From Myxococcota bacterium (GTDB lineage Bacteria; Myxococcota_A; Polyangia; Nannocystales; Nannocystaceae): a stretch of DNA of 64,000 nucleotides. Positions 8,384-19,046 of this stretch are shown piece after piece. The notes beneath the pieces were generated by a model. The model was not told where the DNA came from and made no database searches. It saw only the letters and a program-made list of their open reading frames with translations. The stretch is taken from contig JBCCHT010000058.1 in NCBI GenBank assembly GCA_039028615.1, positions 1 through 64,000 of the forward strand. The letters run 5' to 3'. The position numbers and the translations under genes were made by a program. The first letter of the stretch is position 1. Each line of letters starts with the position of its first letter.

Positions 8384-9319
8384 GTGAACTCGGATGATCT
8401 CCGCTTCGTGCTGGCACTTCACGACGAAGGCACGCTGGTGCGAGCAGCCGGCAAGCTTCGGGTGAGCCACACGACCGTCGCCCGACGCATCGCGGCGCTG
8501 GAGGCCGAGCTGGGGAGCACGCTGTTCACCAAGGCCGCCGCCGGGCAAGTGCTCACGGCGGCCGGCGAAGCGGTGAGAGACGTGGCGCGTCGCGTGCACG
8601 AGGAGCTGACGTCGTTGGAGCGCGACGTCGTCGGGCGTGATGCGAGGTTGAGCGGGACCCTTCGCGTGACCACGATCGACGCGCTCGTCCTTCACAATAC
8701 CCGCGAGCTGTCGAGCTTCGGCGAGCGATACCCCGATGTCGAGCTCGACGTCGTCGTGGACAACCGAATGCGGAGCTTGACTCGTCGCGAAGCCGACGTG
8801 GCGGTCCGGTTCACGAACGCTCCCGCGGAGCACTTGGTCGGTCGGAAGATCGGTCGGCTCGAGTTTGCGCTGTACGGAGCACGAGAGCTCATCGAAGGTC
8901 AGGCCGACCCGGCCGATGTCGCCACCTACCCCTGGCTGTCATGGTCGGAGTCGGAGCGGACGGGCATGGCCGAGCACTTCTTTCGGCAGCACGCCGATGC
9001 CGGTCGACCGGCGATGCGGGTCGACTCGTCGATCAGCCTGTGGGCGGCCGCTCGAGCGGGTGTGGGGGTGGCGTTGCTCGGGTGCTTGTGGGCGGATCGA
9101 ACGCCCGGCCTGCAGCGGATCGGGGGCCTGTGGCCCGACGCCGGCTTGGACCTGTGGATCTTGACCCATCCCGACCTTCGACGAACCTCGAGAGTCCACG
9201 CGTTCATCGAGCACTTCGGCGATGCGATGCGGTGTCACCAAGACACCATGAGCGGCGCGCATCCGCTGGTTCCGCCGATCGAGAACGTCGCGCCGTTGCC
9301 GACGGGCAACGGCGCTTGA
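8384..9319 (+). CDS. LysR-family transcriptional regulator
   Basis: NSDDLRFVLA...AAGKLRVSHTTVARRIAALE HTH, LTAAGE, YPDVEL, READVAVR. GTG start at 8384 preferred (ATG 8375 is the alternative). Confidence 0.92.
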   Translation: MNSDDLRFVLALHDEGTLVRAAGKLRVSHTTVARRIAALEAELGSTLFTKAAAGQVLTAAGEAVRDVARRVHEELTSLERDVVGRDARLSGTLRVTTIDALVLHNTRELSSFGERYPDVELDVVVDNRMRSLTRREADVAVRFTNAPAEHLVGRKIGRLEFALYGARELIEGQADPADVATYPWLSWSESERTGMAEHFFRQHADAGRPAMRVDSSISLWAAARAGVGVALLGCLWADRTPGLQRIGGLWPDAGLDLWILTHPDLRRTSRVHAFIEHFGDAMRCHQDTMSGAHPLVPPIENVAPLPTGNGA

Positions 9320-9406
9320 GCCCCGCGTCGCGCTCGGCTCCCTCCGGCTGCGCTCGGAGCAGCCGCGGAAGGAACCGACGCTGGGAGCGGATGCTCGGCC
9401 CGCCCG

Positions 9407-11755
9407 TCAGCCGAGCTGGCTGACGAGCTCGGGCGGCAGCAGGGGGCTGCGCTCGCCCGCACAGATGAGCCACAGCTGGAACGCCGCCCGGGTCGCCGCG
9501 ATGTGCATCAGGTGCCGCGACTGCGTGGTCTTGGGGAAGTTCTGCCGGGTGGGATCGACGAGCACGACGTAGTCGAACTCGAGGCCCTTGACCTGACGAA
9601 TGTCGGTGACGTCGATGCCCGAGGTGAAGCTGAAGTCCTCGCGAGCGACGCGGCGCAGCCGGGGGACCTCGGCGATGCGCAGGGCCTGGTAGTACAGGTC
9701 GGCCTGCTGCGGGTAGCGAGCGATGAGGGCCACCGAGGCCGAGGGCTCGCGCTGCATCAGGCCGCGCAGGGCCTCGCCGAGGAAGGCCACCGCCTCGCCC
9801 TGGTCGCCGAAGTCGAAGTAGCCGACCGGGGCGCCGTCGCGGGCGATGAGCTCGTCGTCGGGGTTGTGCAGCGGACCCAGCACGTGCCGGGAGAACTCCA
9901 TGACCTCGCGGGTGGAGCGGTAGGTGATCTTCAGGGGCTGGATCTCGACGTGGGGCAGCCCGGCGTCCTCGAGCAGCTGCGGCCAGTCGGTGAAGCCGTT
10001 GTCGAAGATCATCTTCTGGGCGCGGTCGCCCGCGATGGTGACGCTCTTGCCCTGGCTGGCGGAGTCGAGCAGCACCCGAACCTCGAGCGGGCACAGGTCC
10101 TGGGCCTCGTCGATGACGACGTGCTCGTACTCGATGCGTCGACCGCCGACGAAGATGCCGCCGTGCTTGATCTGCATCAGGCGCAGGAGGATCGCGTCGT
10201 CCTCACCGTCGAGGCCCGCGCCCGGGGCGACCTCTTCGCCTTCTTCCACGTCGAGCTCGGCCTTGCGGGCGCACCACCGCACGATGGTGTCGACGTCGGT
10301 CGCGGAGAACTGTCCCGAGGCGTGCTCCTGCAGGGCCTCGCGGATGCGGGACTCCGAGGTGTTGATCTCGAGCCAGTCGGCCACGATGTCGCGCAGGCCG
10401 TCGCGGGCGTTGCGGAAGATGGTGGTGGCGGCAGCCTTGGTCTTGGGGTGCAGCTTGCTCGAGGCGCGACCCTGGCCGAGCCACTGGAGCATTCGCTCCG
10501 CTCGCGGCAGGGGAGCCAGGCCCGAGCTGTTGTTCCACTGCGTGATGACCTGCTCGCCGCCCGCTCGCTCACCGAGGCGCTCGGCCAGCTGATCGTCGAC
10601 CTCCTGCACCTGCTCGGCCACGACGTCTTCGATCATGCGAATGACGGCCGGGTGCTTCTTGAAGCGCACCACGGGCTCGGGGACCGAGCTGGCGTAGCGC
10701 ATGTCGAGCGAGAGCTTGAGGCGCTTGACCAGGGGCGCCGACCAGCGGCGATAGGTGGTCACGTTGACCCCGTCGACGCCCAGCGAGGGCAGGACGTGGC
10801 GGATGTACTCGACCAGGCCTTCGTTGAAGACGATGATCATCATCTTCTGGGGGGCGAAGCGCTTGGGGTCCTGGAAGGCCAGGTAGGCCACGCGGTGGAG
10901 CGCGACGGTGGTCTTGCCCGAGCCTGCGCCACCTTGGATGAGCACGATGCCCGAGTCGGACTTGGTGATCAGCTCGAACTGCTGCTTGTCGATCAGCGCA
11001 GTGATCTCTTGCAGGTGCTTGTCGGCGCGGATCGGCTCGTCGTCGCCCATCACCCCGAGCTTGCGCTTGTCGTAGCGGATGGCCGTGCCGCTGCCCCCGT
11101 GCAGGGTGGGCTGGGCCGAGCCCTCGGCCTCGCGCCAGTCGCCCTGGCGATCGAGCGAGAAGGTGCCCTGGGGCGAGGCCACGCGACGAAGTCGGCCTTC
11201 GCCGACGGCGAGGCTGCGACGGGTCAGGATGCGCCCCTCGATGGTGCGATCGTCGAAGTCCTCTTCGTACTCGTCGTCTTCTTCGTAGCGGTAGTACAGG
11301 CGGCTGACCGGGGCGTTGCGCCAGTCCACCACGCTCACGCCGTCGCCGTCGTCGAGCAGGGTGTGGCGACCGATCAGCACGTCGCGCTCGCGGCCGCTCT
11401 TGGCCTCGCGCAGCCGAAGGTGCCCGAAGTACGGGTTCTTGGGATCGATGGGGATGCTGCGCCCCTTGCCTCGCTTGCGGGCGAGCGCCGCGACCTGATG
11501 CATCTGGTCGATGAGCGAAGGAACGTCTTCTTCCTTGGCTTCGGCGATCGCGTCGCGCAGCTCGATGAGCTGTGCGTCGAGGTCTTCGATCTGTTGGGGT
11601 GCCTCGCTCGCCTCTCGCTCGAGCCGGGCCTGCACCGACCCCAGGATGCGAAGCTCGTCCCCGACGATCTGCACGCCTTTCTCCGACAGCTTCTCGAGCG
11701 CGGAGGAGGGTGCGGTGTCGTCCCCGGGTTCCCCCTGGAAGGTCCCTCTAGGCAT
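9407..11755 (-). CDS. HelD-like SF1 ATPase (RNA polymerase recycling factor, UvrD-related)
   Basis: PYFGHL, VDWRNAPVSRLYY, IQGGAGSGKTTVALHRVAYL, DEAQD, AGDRAQ, TYRST, KGLEFD and ATRA motifs. Confidence 0.85.
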   Translation of the reverse strand: MPRGTFQGEPGDDTAPSSALEKLSEKGVQIVGDELRILGSVQARLEREASEAPQQIEDLDAQLIELRDAIAEAKEEDVPSLIDQMHQVAALARKRGKGRSIPIDPKNPYFGHLRLREAKSGRERDVLIGRHTLLDDGDGVSVVDWRNAPVSRLYYRYEEDDEYEEDFDDRTIEGRILTRRSLAVGEGRLRRVASPQGTFSLDRQGDWREAEGSAQPTLHGGSGTAIRYDKRKLGVMGDDEPIRADKHLQEITALIDKQQFELITKSDSGIVLIQGGAGSGKTTVALHRVAYLAFQDPKRFAPQKMMIIVFNEGLVEYIRHVLPSLGVDGVNVTTYRRWSAPLVKRLKLSLDMRYASSVPEPVVRFKKHPAVIRMIEDVVAEQVQEVDDQLAERLGERAGGEQVITQWNNSSGLAPLPRAERMLQWLGQGRASSKLHPKTKAAATTIFRNARDGLRDIVADWLEINTSESRIREALQEHASGQFSATDVDTIVRWCARKAELDVEEGEEVAPGAGLDGEDDAILLRLMQIKHGGIFVGGRRIEYEHVVIDEAQDLCPLEVRVLLDSASQGKSVTIAGDRAQKMIFDNGFTDWPQLLEDAGLPHVEIQPLKITYRSTREVMEFSRHVLGPLHNPDDELIARDGAPVGYFDFGDQGEAVAFLGEALRGLMQREPSASVALIARYPQQADLYYQALRIAEVPRLRRVAREDFSFTSGIDVTDIRQVKGLEFDYVVLVDPTRQNFPKTTQSRHLMHIAATRAAFQLWLICAGERSPLLPPELVSQLG

Positions 11756-11938
11756 AAGTGCTACTGCATAACAAACGCGCCCAAAAAGGAAAGCCCCGCG
11801 CGACCATGCGAAGCAGGGTGCGCGGCGCGAGCCCCACCGAAGTCCCCGTCGCCGCGTGGAATGGTGAGCCAACGCACCATCATGCATGGCTCGTGCATCG
11901 CGATGCCCAGCGATGATGCACGGGCTCCCGCTCGCGTC

Positions 11939-13600
11939 ATGACCTCTTCCTTCCGCTTCGTTCGCCTTCCCCGCCGCTCGCGGCTCGCTCTCGGCTCCGT
12001 TGCGCTCACGCTCGCGATGTCGTGCAGCAAGCAGCCGACCGCTCCGCCGCCGACGCAGCCTCCCGCCGCGGCCACCACCGAAGACGCGGTGCCGCGGACG
12101 CTCGATGCCGAGCGCATGCTCGCGCTGCTCGAAGAGCTGGCCAGCGACGAGTTCGGCGGTCGCTACACCCTGCACGAAGACATCCGCCGTGCCGCCGAGG
12201 CGATCACCCGTCGCTACCGGGAGGTCGGCGTGCAGCCGGCCTCGGGTGACGACTTCGTGGTCGACTACGAGCTGCGCGTCGGGGTGGAGCCGGGGCCCGA
12301 TCTGTCGCTGACGATCGACAAGAACCGTCGCAAGTCCGTGTCGATCGCCGCTGAAGCCTTCGTGCCGCTGCCCGCGGGCGCACCGGGCAAGGTGGAGGGA
12401 CCTCTGGTGTTCGTGGGCTACGCGATCGCGCAGCAGGGCACCGAGGGCATGGTGCTCGACGAGCTGACCGGCGTGGACCTGAAGGGCGCGATCGCGGTGG
12501 TGCATGCCGGCAGCCCGCCGCCGAGCCCCGAGTCGCCCGAGGCTCGCTTCGGCCGCAACGATCGGCGCTTGGGGAAGAAACTCGAGCGACTCCAGGCGGC
12601 CGGGGCCGCGGGCGTGGTGGTCGTCAATCCCGATCCGGCCGCGACCCTGCCCGACATCAGCGAGGATCGACCCGTCCGCAGTCACGTCTCGATCCCCGTG
12701 GTGCAGCTGGCCGCCAAAGAGGCCTACGCCAAGATCCCCAAGATCGACCGGCTTCGGGCCCAGATCGACGAGACCAAGCAGTCACGGTCACGGGCGCTGA
12801 AGGGCATGCGGGTGTCGCTGAACAACGACGTCACCATTCGCACCATCAAGGCGCCCAATATTCTGGCGATGGTGCCCGGCACCGAGCTGCCCGACGAGAT
12901 CGTGCTGCTCGGGGCCCACTTCGATCACATCGGCACCGACGAGCCCGGGCACGGGCACTGCCGCACGCGCGACGGCGACGCCATCTGCAACGGCGCCGAC
13001 GACAACGGCAGCGGCACCGCCATCGTGGCCGAGCTGGCGATGCACATGAGCGACCCCGATCATCGGCCGCGTCGCACCGTCGTGTTCGCCCTCTTCTCGG
13101 GTGAGGAGCTCGGCCTGCTGGGCTCCAAGGCCCTCGCCGCGCAGATCGACGAGATCGAGCCCTTCGCGGGCCGCAAGATCGTCGCCATGCTCAACATCGA
13201 CATGGTCGGCCGACTCCGCGAGCGCCTCACCGTGAGCGGGGTCGGCTCGAGCGACGGGTGGATGCCGATGCTCGACGACATCGGCACTCGCGGCATGCGG
13301 ATCCTGTACGACCGCGCTCTCACCACCCGCAGCGACCACGCACCGTTTTACGAGCATCAGGTGCCCGCGCTGTTCTTCTTCACCGAGCTGCACGGCGACT
13401 ACCATGCGCCCGGCGACGGGATGGAGGGCATCCTGCGCGATGGCCTGGTGTCGGTGGCCGGCTTGGTCGGCGAGATCGCCGAGCGCCTCGCCAATGGTGA
13501 CGGCATCACCTTCAAGCCAGCGACCAAGCCGAATGAAGGGCTCGTGCCCGCGCTGCCGGGCGACGACCCCAGCACCATCGAGAAGGAAGTCGGGCCCTAG
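11939..13600 (+). CDS. M28 aminopeptidase with PA domain, lipoprotein
   Basis: LAMSC lipobox; GAHFDH, NGADDNGSG, GEELGLLGS, LNIDMVG, SDHAPF, DYH motifs. Confidence 0.9.
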   Translation: MTSSFRFVRLPRRSRLALGSVALTLAMSCSKQPTAPPPTQPPAAATTEDAVPRTLDAERMLALLEELASDEFGGRYTLHEDIRRAAEAITRRYREVGVQPASGDDFVVDYELRVGVEPGPDLSLTIDKNRRKSVSIAAEAFVPLPAGAPGKVEGPLVFVGYAIAQQGTEGMVLDELTGVDLKGAIAVVHAGSPPPSPESPEARFGRNDRRLGKKLERLQAAGAAGVVVVNPDPAATLPDISEDRPVRSHVSIPVVQLAAKEAYAKIPKIDRLRAQIDETKQSRSRALKGMRVSLNNDVTIRTIKAPNILAMVPGTELPDEIVLLGAHFDHIGTDEPGHGHCRTRDGDAICNGADDNGSGTAIVAELAMHMSDPDHRPRRTVVFALFSGEELGLLGSKALAAQIDEIEPFAGRKIVAMLNIDMVGRLRERLTVSGVGSSDGWMPMLDDIGTRGMRILYDRALTTRSDHAPFYEHQVPALFFFTELHGDYHAPGDGMEGILRDGLVSVAGLVGEIAERLANGDGITFKPATKPNEGLVPALPGDDPSTIEKEVGP

Positions 13601-13602
13601 GC

Positions 13603-14370
13603 CTACTTCTTCACCAGCTCGACGATGTACTGGTGCGGCAGCGCTTCGCGGTCGCTTCGCTGCAGCACCAACCCGACCGCGCCGAGCTGCTCGACCAGCC
13701 GCTCCTGCGCGATCCTCATCGCGGGCGGCGGCCCGGGGATGCCTTCGTCGGCGTCCTTTTTGAACTCCACGATCACCACCCGCCCCCCGGGCTGAAGCGT
13801 CTCGACCACATGCTCGAAGAAGACCTCGGGCGCTTCGATGTGGTGATAGACGTTGCACATGAACGCGATGTCGACCGGCTGCGGTAGCGCAGGGTCGTCG
13901 GCCTCGCCCTGCACCGCCTTCAGGTTGGGCAGCCCCTCCCGCTGCGCCCGCTCGCCGAGGTAGCGCACCATGTCCGGCTCGATGTCGTTGGCCAGCACCA
14001 ACCCCTTCGGTGCGGCCCGAGCCAGGTGTACGGCGAAGTAGCCCGTGCCCGCTCCGAGGTCGGCGATGACGGCATCCTCCGCGGGCGCGATGAAGTCCAC
14101 CACCGCCTGCGGTCGCTGCCACTCGTCGCGCGACGGATCGTCGAACTGCTTGGCCCATTCGTCCGCGTCCTCGAAGCGATGGTGACGGTGGTGCCCGCGG
14201 CCATCGTGATCGGCCGACGGCTGAGCACCGTGCGTGTGGTGATCCCCGTGCTCGGGCCCCTCGCCGCTCTGCGCTCCGGGCTCGACGGACGCATCCTCGG
14301 TGCTCTTGGTGCACGCACTCAGGGCAATGACGGCACAGATCGAAATGGCGCGCAGATCGAGACCTCGCAT
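13603..14370 (-). CDS. Class I SAM-dependent methyltransferase with lipoprotein signal and His-rich linker
   Basis: ALSAC lipobox; RDEWQRP, IADLGAGTGYF, NVYHHIE, LQPGGRVVIVEF. Start could be 14394. Confidence 0.85.
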   Translation of the reverse strand: MRGLDLRAISICAVIALSACTKSTEDASVEPGAQSGEGPEHGDHHTHGAQPSADHDGRGHHRHHRFEDADEWAKQFDDPSRDEWQRPQAVVDFIAPAEDAVIADLGAGTGYFAVHLARAAPKGLVLANDIEPDMVRYLGERAQREGLPNLKAVQGEADDPALPQPVDIAFMCNVYHHIEAPEVFFEHVVETLQPGGRVVIVEFKKDADEGIPGPPPAMRIAQERLVEQLGAVGLVLQRSDREALPHQYIVELVKK

Positions 14371-14716
14371 GCGGTGGCTCTTATCATTTCGCACGCGCGA
14401 TCGAATGAACGGTCATCACCCTCATGCTCTTCACTGACAGTGAACGCGTTGGGCAATCCGTACTTTTTGCGCTTCAAGCCCAAGTCGCGAGCGGCCTGTC
14501 GGGGGGGCTACACGTGCAACAGAGGGAAGGTTCAATAAACCTGCGAAGGGCCGATCTTTGTGATTCCATCGCCGATTTTCGACGTGTAGCTTGTAGGTCA
14601 AGGTGAACGATGTGGGTTCACTGCCCACCAAGGCAGTGGAGTCGTTCATCGCGGAAGGCTGGGGGCCAATTGGGCTCCCAGACGTGGGGAACGTAGGAAA
14701 ACAGGAGGTCTGCGTG

Positions 14717-16438
14717 ATGCGACCAATGCGCATTCGTGAGGTCGTGGTTGCCCTGGGGCTGACCATGGCCAGTTGTGGAGACGGTTCCGACGGCCGGGCG
14801 GGCGATCCCGCGCGGCCCGGGGCGGACGGCGAGGATCAACAGCCGCTGGACGTGGAGCCGCTCGATCTGACCTCGAGTTTCGAGGACGCGGCGGAGGAGT
14901 TCGACGTACCGGTGCAGCTGCTGCAATCGGTCTCGTACACGGAGACCCGCTGGCAGATGGTGGACAGCGAACTGGAGTTCGAAGGGCGCCCGGCCACCTT
15001 CGGCCTGATGGCGCTGCGGTCCGATCGGCTCGAGGACGCGGCGGAGCTGGCCGGGGTCGACCCCGACGAGGCGGCCTCGGAGGTGGGCGCGAACATTCGA
15101 GCCGCGGCGGCGTGGATGTCGGCGCAGGCGGACATGCTCGGCGTGGAGGATCGAGCCGACCTCGGGTCGTGGGCGGAGATCGTCGCCGACTACAGTGGAA
15201 TCGAAGACGAAGTCGGACGCTCGAGCTACGTGTACCAAGGGGTCTACACGACGCTGCGCGAGGGCCTGTGGGTCGAGTCGGCGTCGGGAGAGTTTCGCGG
15301 CGAGATGGAGCCGGTCGATGCGTGGCCATCGTTCTTGGTACCGCCGCCGTCTCCGGTCGTCGCCCCCGGACCGGACTACCCGGCGTCGCTGTGGCGCCCC
15401 TCGGCCAACTACAGCAATCGTCCCGGCGGCGCGATCGGTGACCCGGGGATGGTCATCATCCACTCGTGCGAGGGCTCGTACGCGGGCTGCTGGAGCTGGC
15501 TGAAGAACCCGGCTTCGGGCGTCAGCGCCCACTACGTGATCAAGGAAGACGGCGAGGAGATCACCCAGCTGGTCCGCGAGAGCAAGAAGGCGTGGCACAT
15601 CTCGGCCTCGTACGACTGCGATCGCAACAGTGACGTGGAGTGCTGGCGCAACGGCTACTCCAGCAACCACTTCACGGTGGGCATCGAGCATGCGGGCTAC
15701 GCGGGCCAGGCGAGCTGGGATCCCACGCTGATCGACGAGTCGGCGAAGCTGGTCTGCAACATCACCGAGGACCAGGACATCCCGCGCGACAGCTACCACA
15801 TCGTTTCGCACGGTCAGCTGCAGCCGTGGAACCGCGTGGATCCGGGCCCCAACTGGCCATGGGACGACTACCTCGACCTGATCGATGCGCACTGCGGAGA
15901 GGCGGCACCGCCTCCGCCTCCGCCTCCGGGCGGCGGTGGCGATCCTCCGCCGCCCGACGATCCGCCTCCGCCCCCCGGCGAAGATCCGCCCCCGCCCGGC
16001 GGTGAGCCGCCCGACTCGATCATCATCGACAGCAACAACGACAACAACGACGAGGCGCTGGGCTTCATCGCCAAGTCGAGCAACTGGATCTCCTCGAGCG
16101 GCTCGGCGGAGCGCTACGAGACGGGCTACTGGTACGCGGGGGCGAGCCCGGTCTCCGACCCGGTGACGTTCTGGTTCCACTCTCCCGACGGGGGCGAGTA
16201 CACGGTCGACGCCTGGTGGACCGCGGGCACCAACCGCAGCGCCACCGCGCCCTTCGTGATCTACGGCGAAGGCGAGGGCGTGAGCGTGGTGAAGGTGAAC
16301 ATGCAGCAGGACGGCGGCCAGTGGAACGAGCTGGGCACGTGGACCTTCGCGCCCGGCTGGAACAAGGTGCAGCTGTCTCGCTGGACCTCGGGCGGCGGCG
16401 TGGTCATTGCCGACGCGCTGCGCGTGCGCAGCCCCTGA
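14717..16438 (+). CDS. N-acetylmuramoyl-L-alanine amidase (Amidase_2) lipoprotein with N-terminal lysozyme-like and C-terminal golvesin/CBM-like domains
   Basis: aggagg RBS; MASC lipobox; [46 protein letters not shown]...DPG; Pro-rich linker; YTVDAWW..GTNR...WNELG...VIADA. Confidence 0.85.
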   Translation: MRPMRIREVVVALGLTMASCGDGSDGRAGDPARPGADGEDQQPLDVEPLDLTSSFEDAAEEFDVPVQLLQSVSYTETRWQMVDSELEFEGRPATFGLMALRSDRLEDAAELAGVDPDEAASEVGANIRAAAAWMSAQADMLGVEDRADLGSWAEIVADYSGIEDEVGRSSYVYQGVYTTLREGLWVESASGEFRGEMEPVDAWPSFLVPPPSPVVAPGPDYPASLWRPSANYSNRPGGAIGDPGMVIIHSCEGSYAGCWSWLKNPASGVSAHYVIKEDGEEITQLVRESKKAWHISASYDCDRNSDVECWRNGYSSNHFTVGIEHAGYAGQASWDPTLIDESAKLVCNITEDQDIPRDSYHIVSHGQLQPWNRVDPGPNWPWDDYLDLIDAHCGEAAPPPPPPPGGGGDPPPPDDPPPPPGEDPPPPGGEPPDSIIIDSNNDNNDEALGFIAKSSNWISSSGSAERYETGYWYAGASPVSDPVTFWFHSPDGGEYTVDAWWTAGTNRSATAPFVIYGEGEGVSVVKVNMQQDGGQWNELGTWTFAPGWNKVQLSRWTSGGGVVIADALRVRSP

Positions 16439-16472
16439 GGCCACGATGCACGACGACGGGAACACTCGATCG

Positions 16473-17618
16473 ATGGAACGCACGCTTCGGCGTGGCCTGG
16501 TGGGCCTGATGCTGTGCATCGGGGCCTGCCAAGGCCGTGGCGGTTCACCGGGCGGTACGCCCCCCGAGCAGCCGGCCGATGCCGAGGTCACCGAGGCTCC
16601 CGTCGTGGCGTCGACCACCCCCGAGCGCGCGCTCGATCTTCAGGCCCTGCCGGGGACGATCCATTTCGTCTCGGAGCGCGATGGCAACCTCGAGGTCTAT
16701 CGCTGGCGGGCGGGAGCGTCGGTCGAGCGATTGACCGACGATCCGCGGGACGACTTCGTGGCCGAGGTCGCACCCGGAGGGCAGGGCTGGACGCGGGTGC
16801 GCACCGCAGGCGGTCACGATGCGCAGCAGTACCGCGAGGGGCTCACGTGGATGGCCGCGGGGGGCCCCGGGGTCGACTTCGGGGCCATCGGTCGCCGTGC
16901 TCGATCACCGAGCTGGTCTCTGCAGCGGGACTTCGTGGTGTTCGAGTCCGACGATCAGAGCCGCTTCAGCGACTTGTGGCGCTGGGACGGCCACGGGGCA
17001 CCGCGGCGGCTGACCACGACCCGAGACGGGGCCTTCGAGCCCGCTGTCTCCCCCGACGGGCAACACATCGCCTACGTGTCGAGTGATCCGGGCAACCCGG
17101 AGATCTTCGTGATGGACGCGGATGGAAGCGAGCCGCGTCGCCTGACGCACTGGCGTCGCGACGACCTCTCCCCGCGTTGGTCCCCGCAGGGCTCGACCGT
17201 GGCCTTTCTCCGTCGTGAACGCGGCGGGGTGCGATTGCAGCGACTCGAGCTCCACGACGACGGCACTCACGAAGAACGACCGCTCGTCATCACGCAGCCG
17301 GGGGAGCGCGTGCGGCATGCCGAGCATCGCTGGTCGCCCGACGGGCAGCGCATCGCGTACACCGTGCATCGCCCGGGAGTCGCGGCGCAGGTCGTGGTCA
17401 CCGAGCTCGCGACCGGCCAGACGCAGGTGGTCTCGCCGCCCGGGCTGACCGCGAGCATGCCGAGCTGGTCCCCGCAGGGGAGTCATCTCGTGGTGGCGGC
17501 GTTCGAGGACGATCCCGACGCGATGGATCTACATATCGTCGAGGTGGCGACCGGGGCTTCGGCTCGCCTCACCGACGACCCGGCCCCGGACTGGCTCCCG
17601 TACTGGTCCGCGGGTTGA
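16473..17618 (+). CDS. TolB-like/PD40 beta-propeller lipoprotein
   Basis: IGAC lipobox; repeated PAVSPDG, PRWSPQG, WSPDG, PSWSPQG; FVSERDGNLEVY. Start 16446 is also possible. Confidence 0.85.
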   Translation: MERTLRRGLVGLMLCIGACQGRGGSPGGTPPEQPADAEVTEAPVVASTTPERALDLQALPGTIHFVSERDGNLEVYRWRAGASVERLTDDPRDDFVAEVAPGGQGWTRVRTAGGHDAQQYREGLTWMAAGGPGVDFGAIGRRARSPSWSLQRDFVVFESDDQSRFSDLWRWDGHGAPRRLTTTRDGAFEPAVSPDGQHIAYVSSDPGNPEIFVMDADGSEPRRLTHWRRDDLSPRWSPQGSTVAFLRRERGGVRLQRLELHDDGTHEERPLVITQPGERVRHAEHRWSPDGQRIAYTVHRPGVAAQVVVTELATGQTQVVSPPGLTASMPSWSPQGSHLVVAAFEDDPDAMDLHIVEVATGASARLTDDPAPDWLPYWSAG

Positions 17619-17629
17619 ACCAATAAAAA

Positions 17630-17665
17630 TTCGGGGCGCACTCCCGCCCAGGAGTGCGCCCCGAA
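17630..17665. terminator. Likely bidirectional intrinsic terminator between convergent genes
   Basis: 15-bp stem ttcggggcgcactcc / ggagtgcgccccgaa with a 6-nt loop; the A-tract on the left forms the U-tract on the minus strand. Confidence 0.8.
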
Positions 17666-17766
17666 AAGGGGCCCGGATGGTCGGCAGGCGCCCGCCCAGA
17701 CACCTGCCGACCATCCGTTCCACACGTCTTGCCGTCACCACCTGCCGTTTCCGACAGGAACTCGTT

Positions 17767-18138
17767 TCATGCACACGCCTTTGCGTCGGCCGTGTCGTCG
17801 AAGAGGAAGTCGCCGCGGCCCCAGTCGCTCTCGCGCGACCGGACATGGGCGACCAGAATGTTCCAAAGTCTCGAGCGGACCTCTGCCGGCACCACCGAGG
17901 CTCCGCGTGCGTCGATCCGCAGGTCGCGAGCGCCAGGGCCGTACATCCAGATCTCTCCGATGATGAGCCCGGGGTGGAGGTCGACGCCCAGCCCGTAGTG
18001 CTGGCCGCCGATGTCGGCGATGCCGTGCCACCGGAAGCGCACCGTGGGACCCGCCGTCTCCGTGACCATGTCCGGGGCGACTCGGAGGTCGTCCACGTTG
18101 TGGCGGAGCCACTTGGGCAGGTCGTTGGGGTTGAGCAT
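17767..18138 (-). CDS. Hypothetical protein
   Basis: MLNPNDLPKW... 123 aa, host-like GC3 codon bias, gagg upstream. Confidence 0.6.
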   Translation of the reverse strand: MLNPNDLPKWLRHNVDDLRVAPDMVTETAGPTVRFRWHGIADIGGQHYGLGVDLHPGLIIGEIWMYGPGARDLRIDARGASVVPAEVRSRLWNILVAHVRSRESDWGRGDFLFDDTADAKACA

Positions 18139-18368
18139 CGGAGGGGTCCTCGGAGGGATGGGGTGGCGAGAGGGCCAGCCATCTCTCCCTTGTGCCCTCC
18201 TAGTGAGCAAGGTCGAGGCCAAGGCCGAAGCGATCAACGATCTCTTGGGGTTGGCTCGAAAACCGGATGGAAGCCCACTCAATTGGCGCCTATGCGATCG
18301 GCTACGGTGGTTTCGTGAGGTGACCACAGTCGTTGCAGCCTTGTGGACGCTGAACCTACAGTGGAGCC

Positions 18369-18998
18369 GTGAAGGGGTGGGCATGGACGCTGGCGCTGGT
18401 CCTCATGGGCTGCGGCGGCGACTCGGAGCCCGCCTCGGCGCCCAGCCCCGCCCCCGAGGGCCCGAGCATCACCGGAAAGGTCGGGCCCGCGCCCAAGACC
18501 AAGGTCGACTACGCGCGCCGGGTCCTCGAGCTGCTGAGCAAGGACGACTGGGACGCCTACACCGACGTACTGGCCACCCGGGCAGACGTCATGGGGATGG
18601 AGCGGACGGGCACGCGCAAGAAGAGCCGACGGCAACGACGACGGTTGCGGCGGCAGGTCAACTCGCTGCGATCCGAGGAGGCCGAGCGGGGCTGGACCAT
18701 GGTGCGTCGGGCGGTGCGGGATCGCGGTCTCGCCTGGGATGCGCTGAAGCTGCGCGACATCAAGGAGTCGCCGTCGCGGCGTCGCTCGGTGCCGTCGAAC
18801 GCGACGGCCTCGCGGCTGGTGCTCGAGCTCGAACACGACCAGCAGATTTTTCGGCTCGACCTGGCGACCGTGCTCGAGGTCAAACGCGGTTGGGTCGCCA
18901 TCGAGGCCATGTCTTGGCACGACGGCGCCGAGACCTCGTCGCACGCCGAGAGCCTCCTGACGCCCCGGGGGGATCCACCCCTTGCGACTGGCCCCTGA
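18369..18998 (+). CDS. Hypothetical lipoprotein
   Basis: GTG start with ggag RBS; LVLMGC lipobox; lies directly upstream of the response regulator. Confidence 0.7.
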   Translation: MKGWAWTLALVLMGCGGDSEPASAPSPAPEGPSITGKVGPAPKTKVDYARRVLELLSKDDWDAYTDVLATRADVMGMERTGTRKKSRRQRRRLRRQVNSLRSEEAERGWTMVRRAVRDRGLAWDALKLRDIKESPSRRRSVPSNATASRLVLELEHDQQIFRLDLATVLEVKRGWVAIEAMSWHDGAETSSHAESLLTPRGDPPLATGP

Positions 18999-19046
18999 CC
19001 GGCGCAGATTCTGGACGGTGGCATCGCCACCGAACGCTGCGCTGCC

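Noticed and set aside
9503..11938. 1365-aa + strand ORF and 1092-aa - strand ORF overlapping extensively
   Set aside because: The extensions are antisense shadows of the HelD-like and M28 genes, typical of high-GC DNA. Real starts are about 11939 (+) and 11755 (-).
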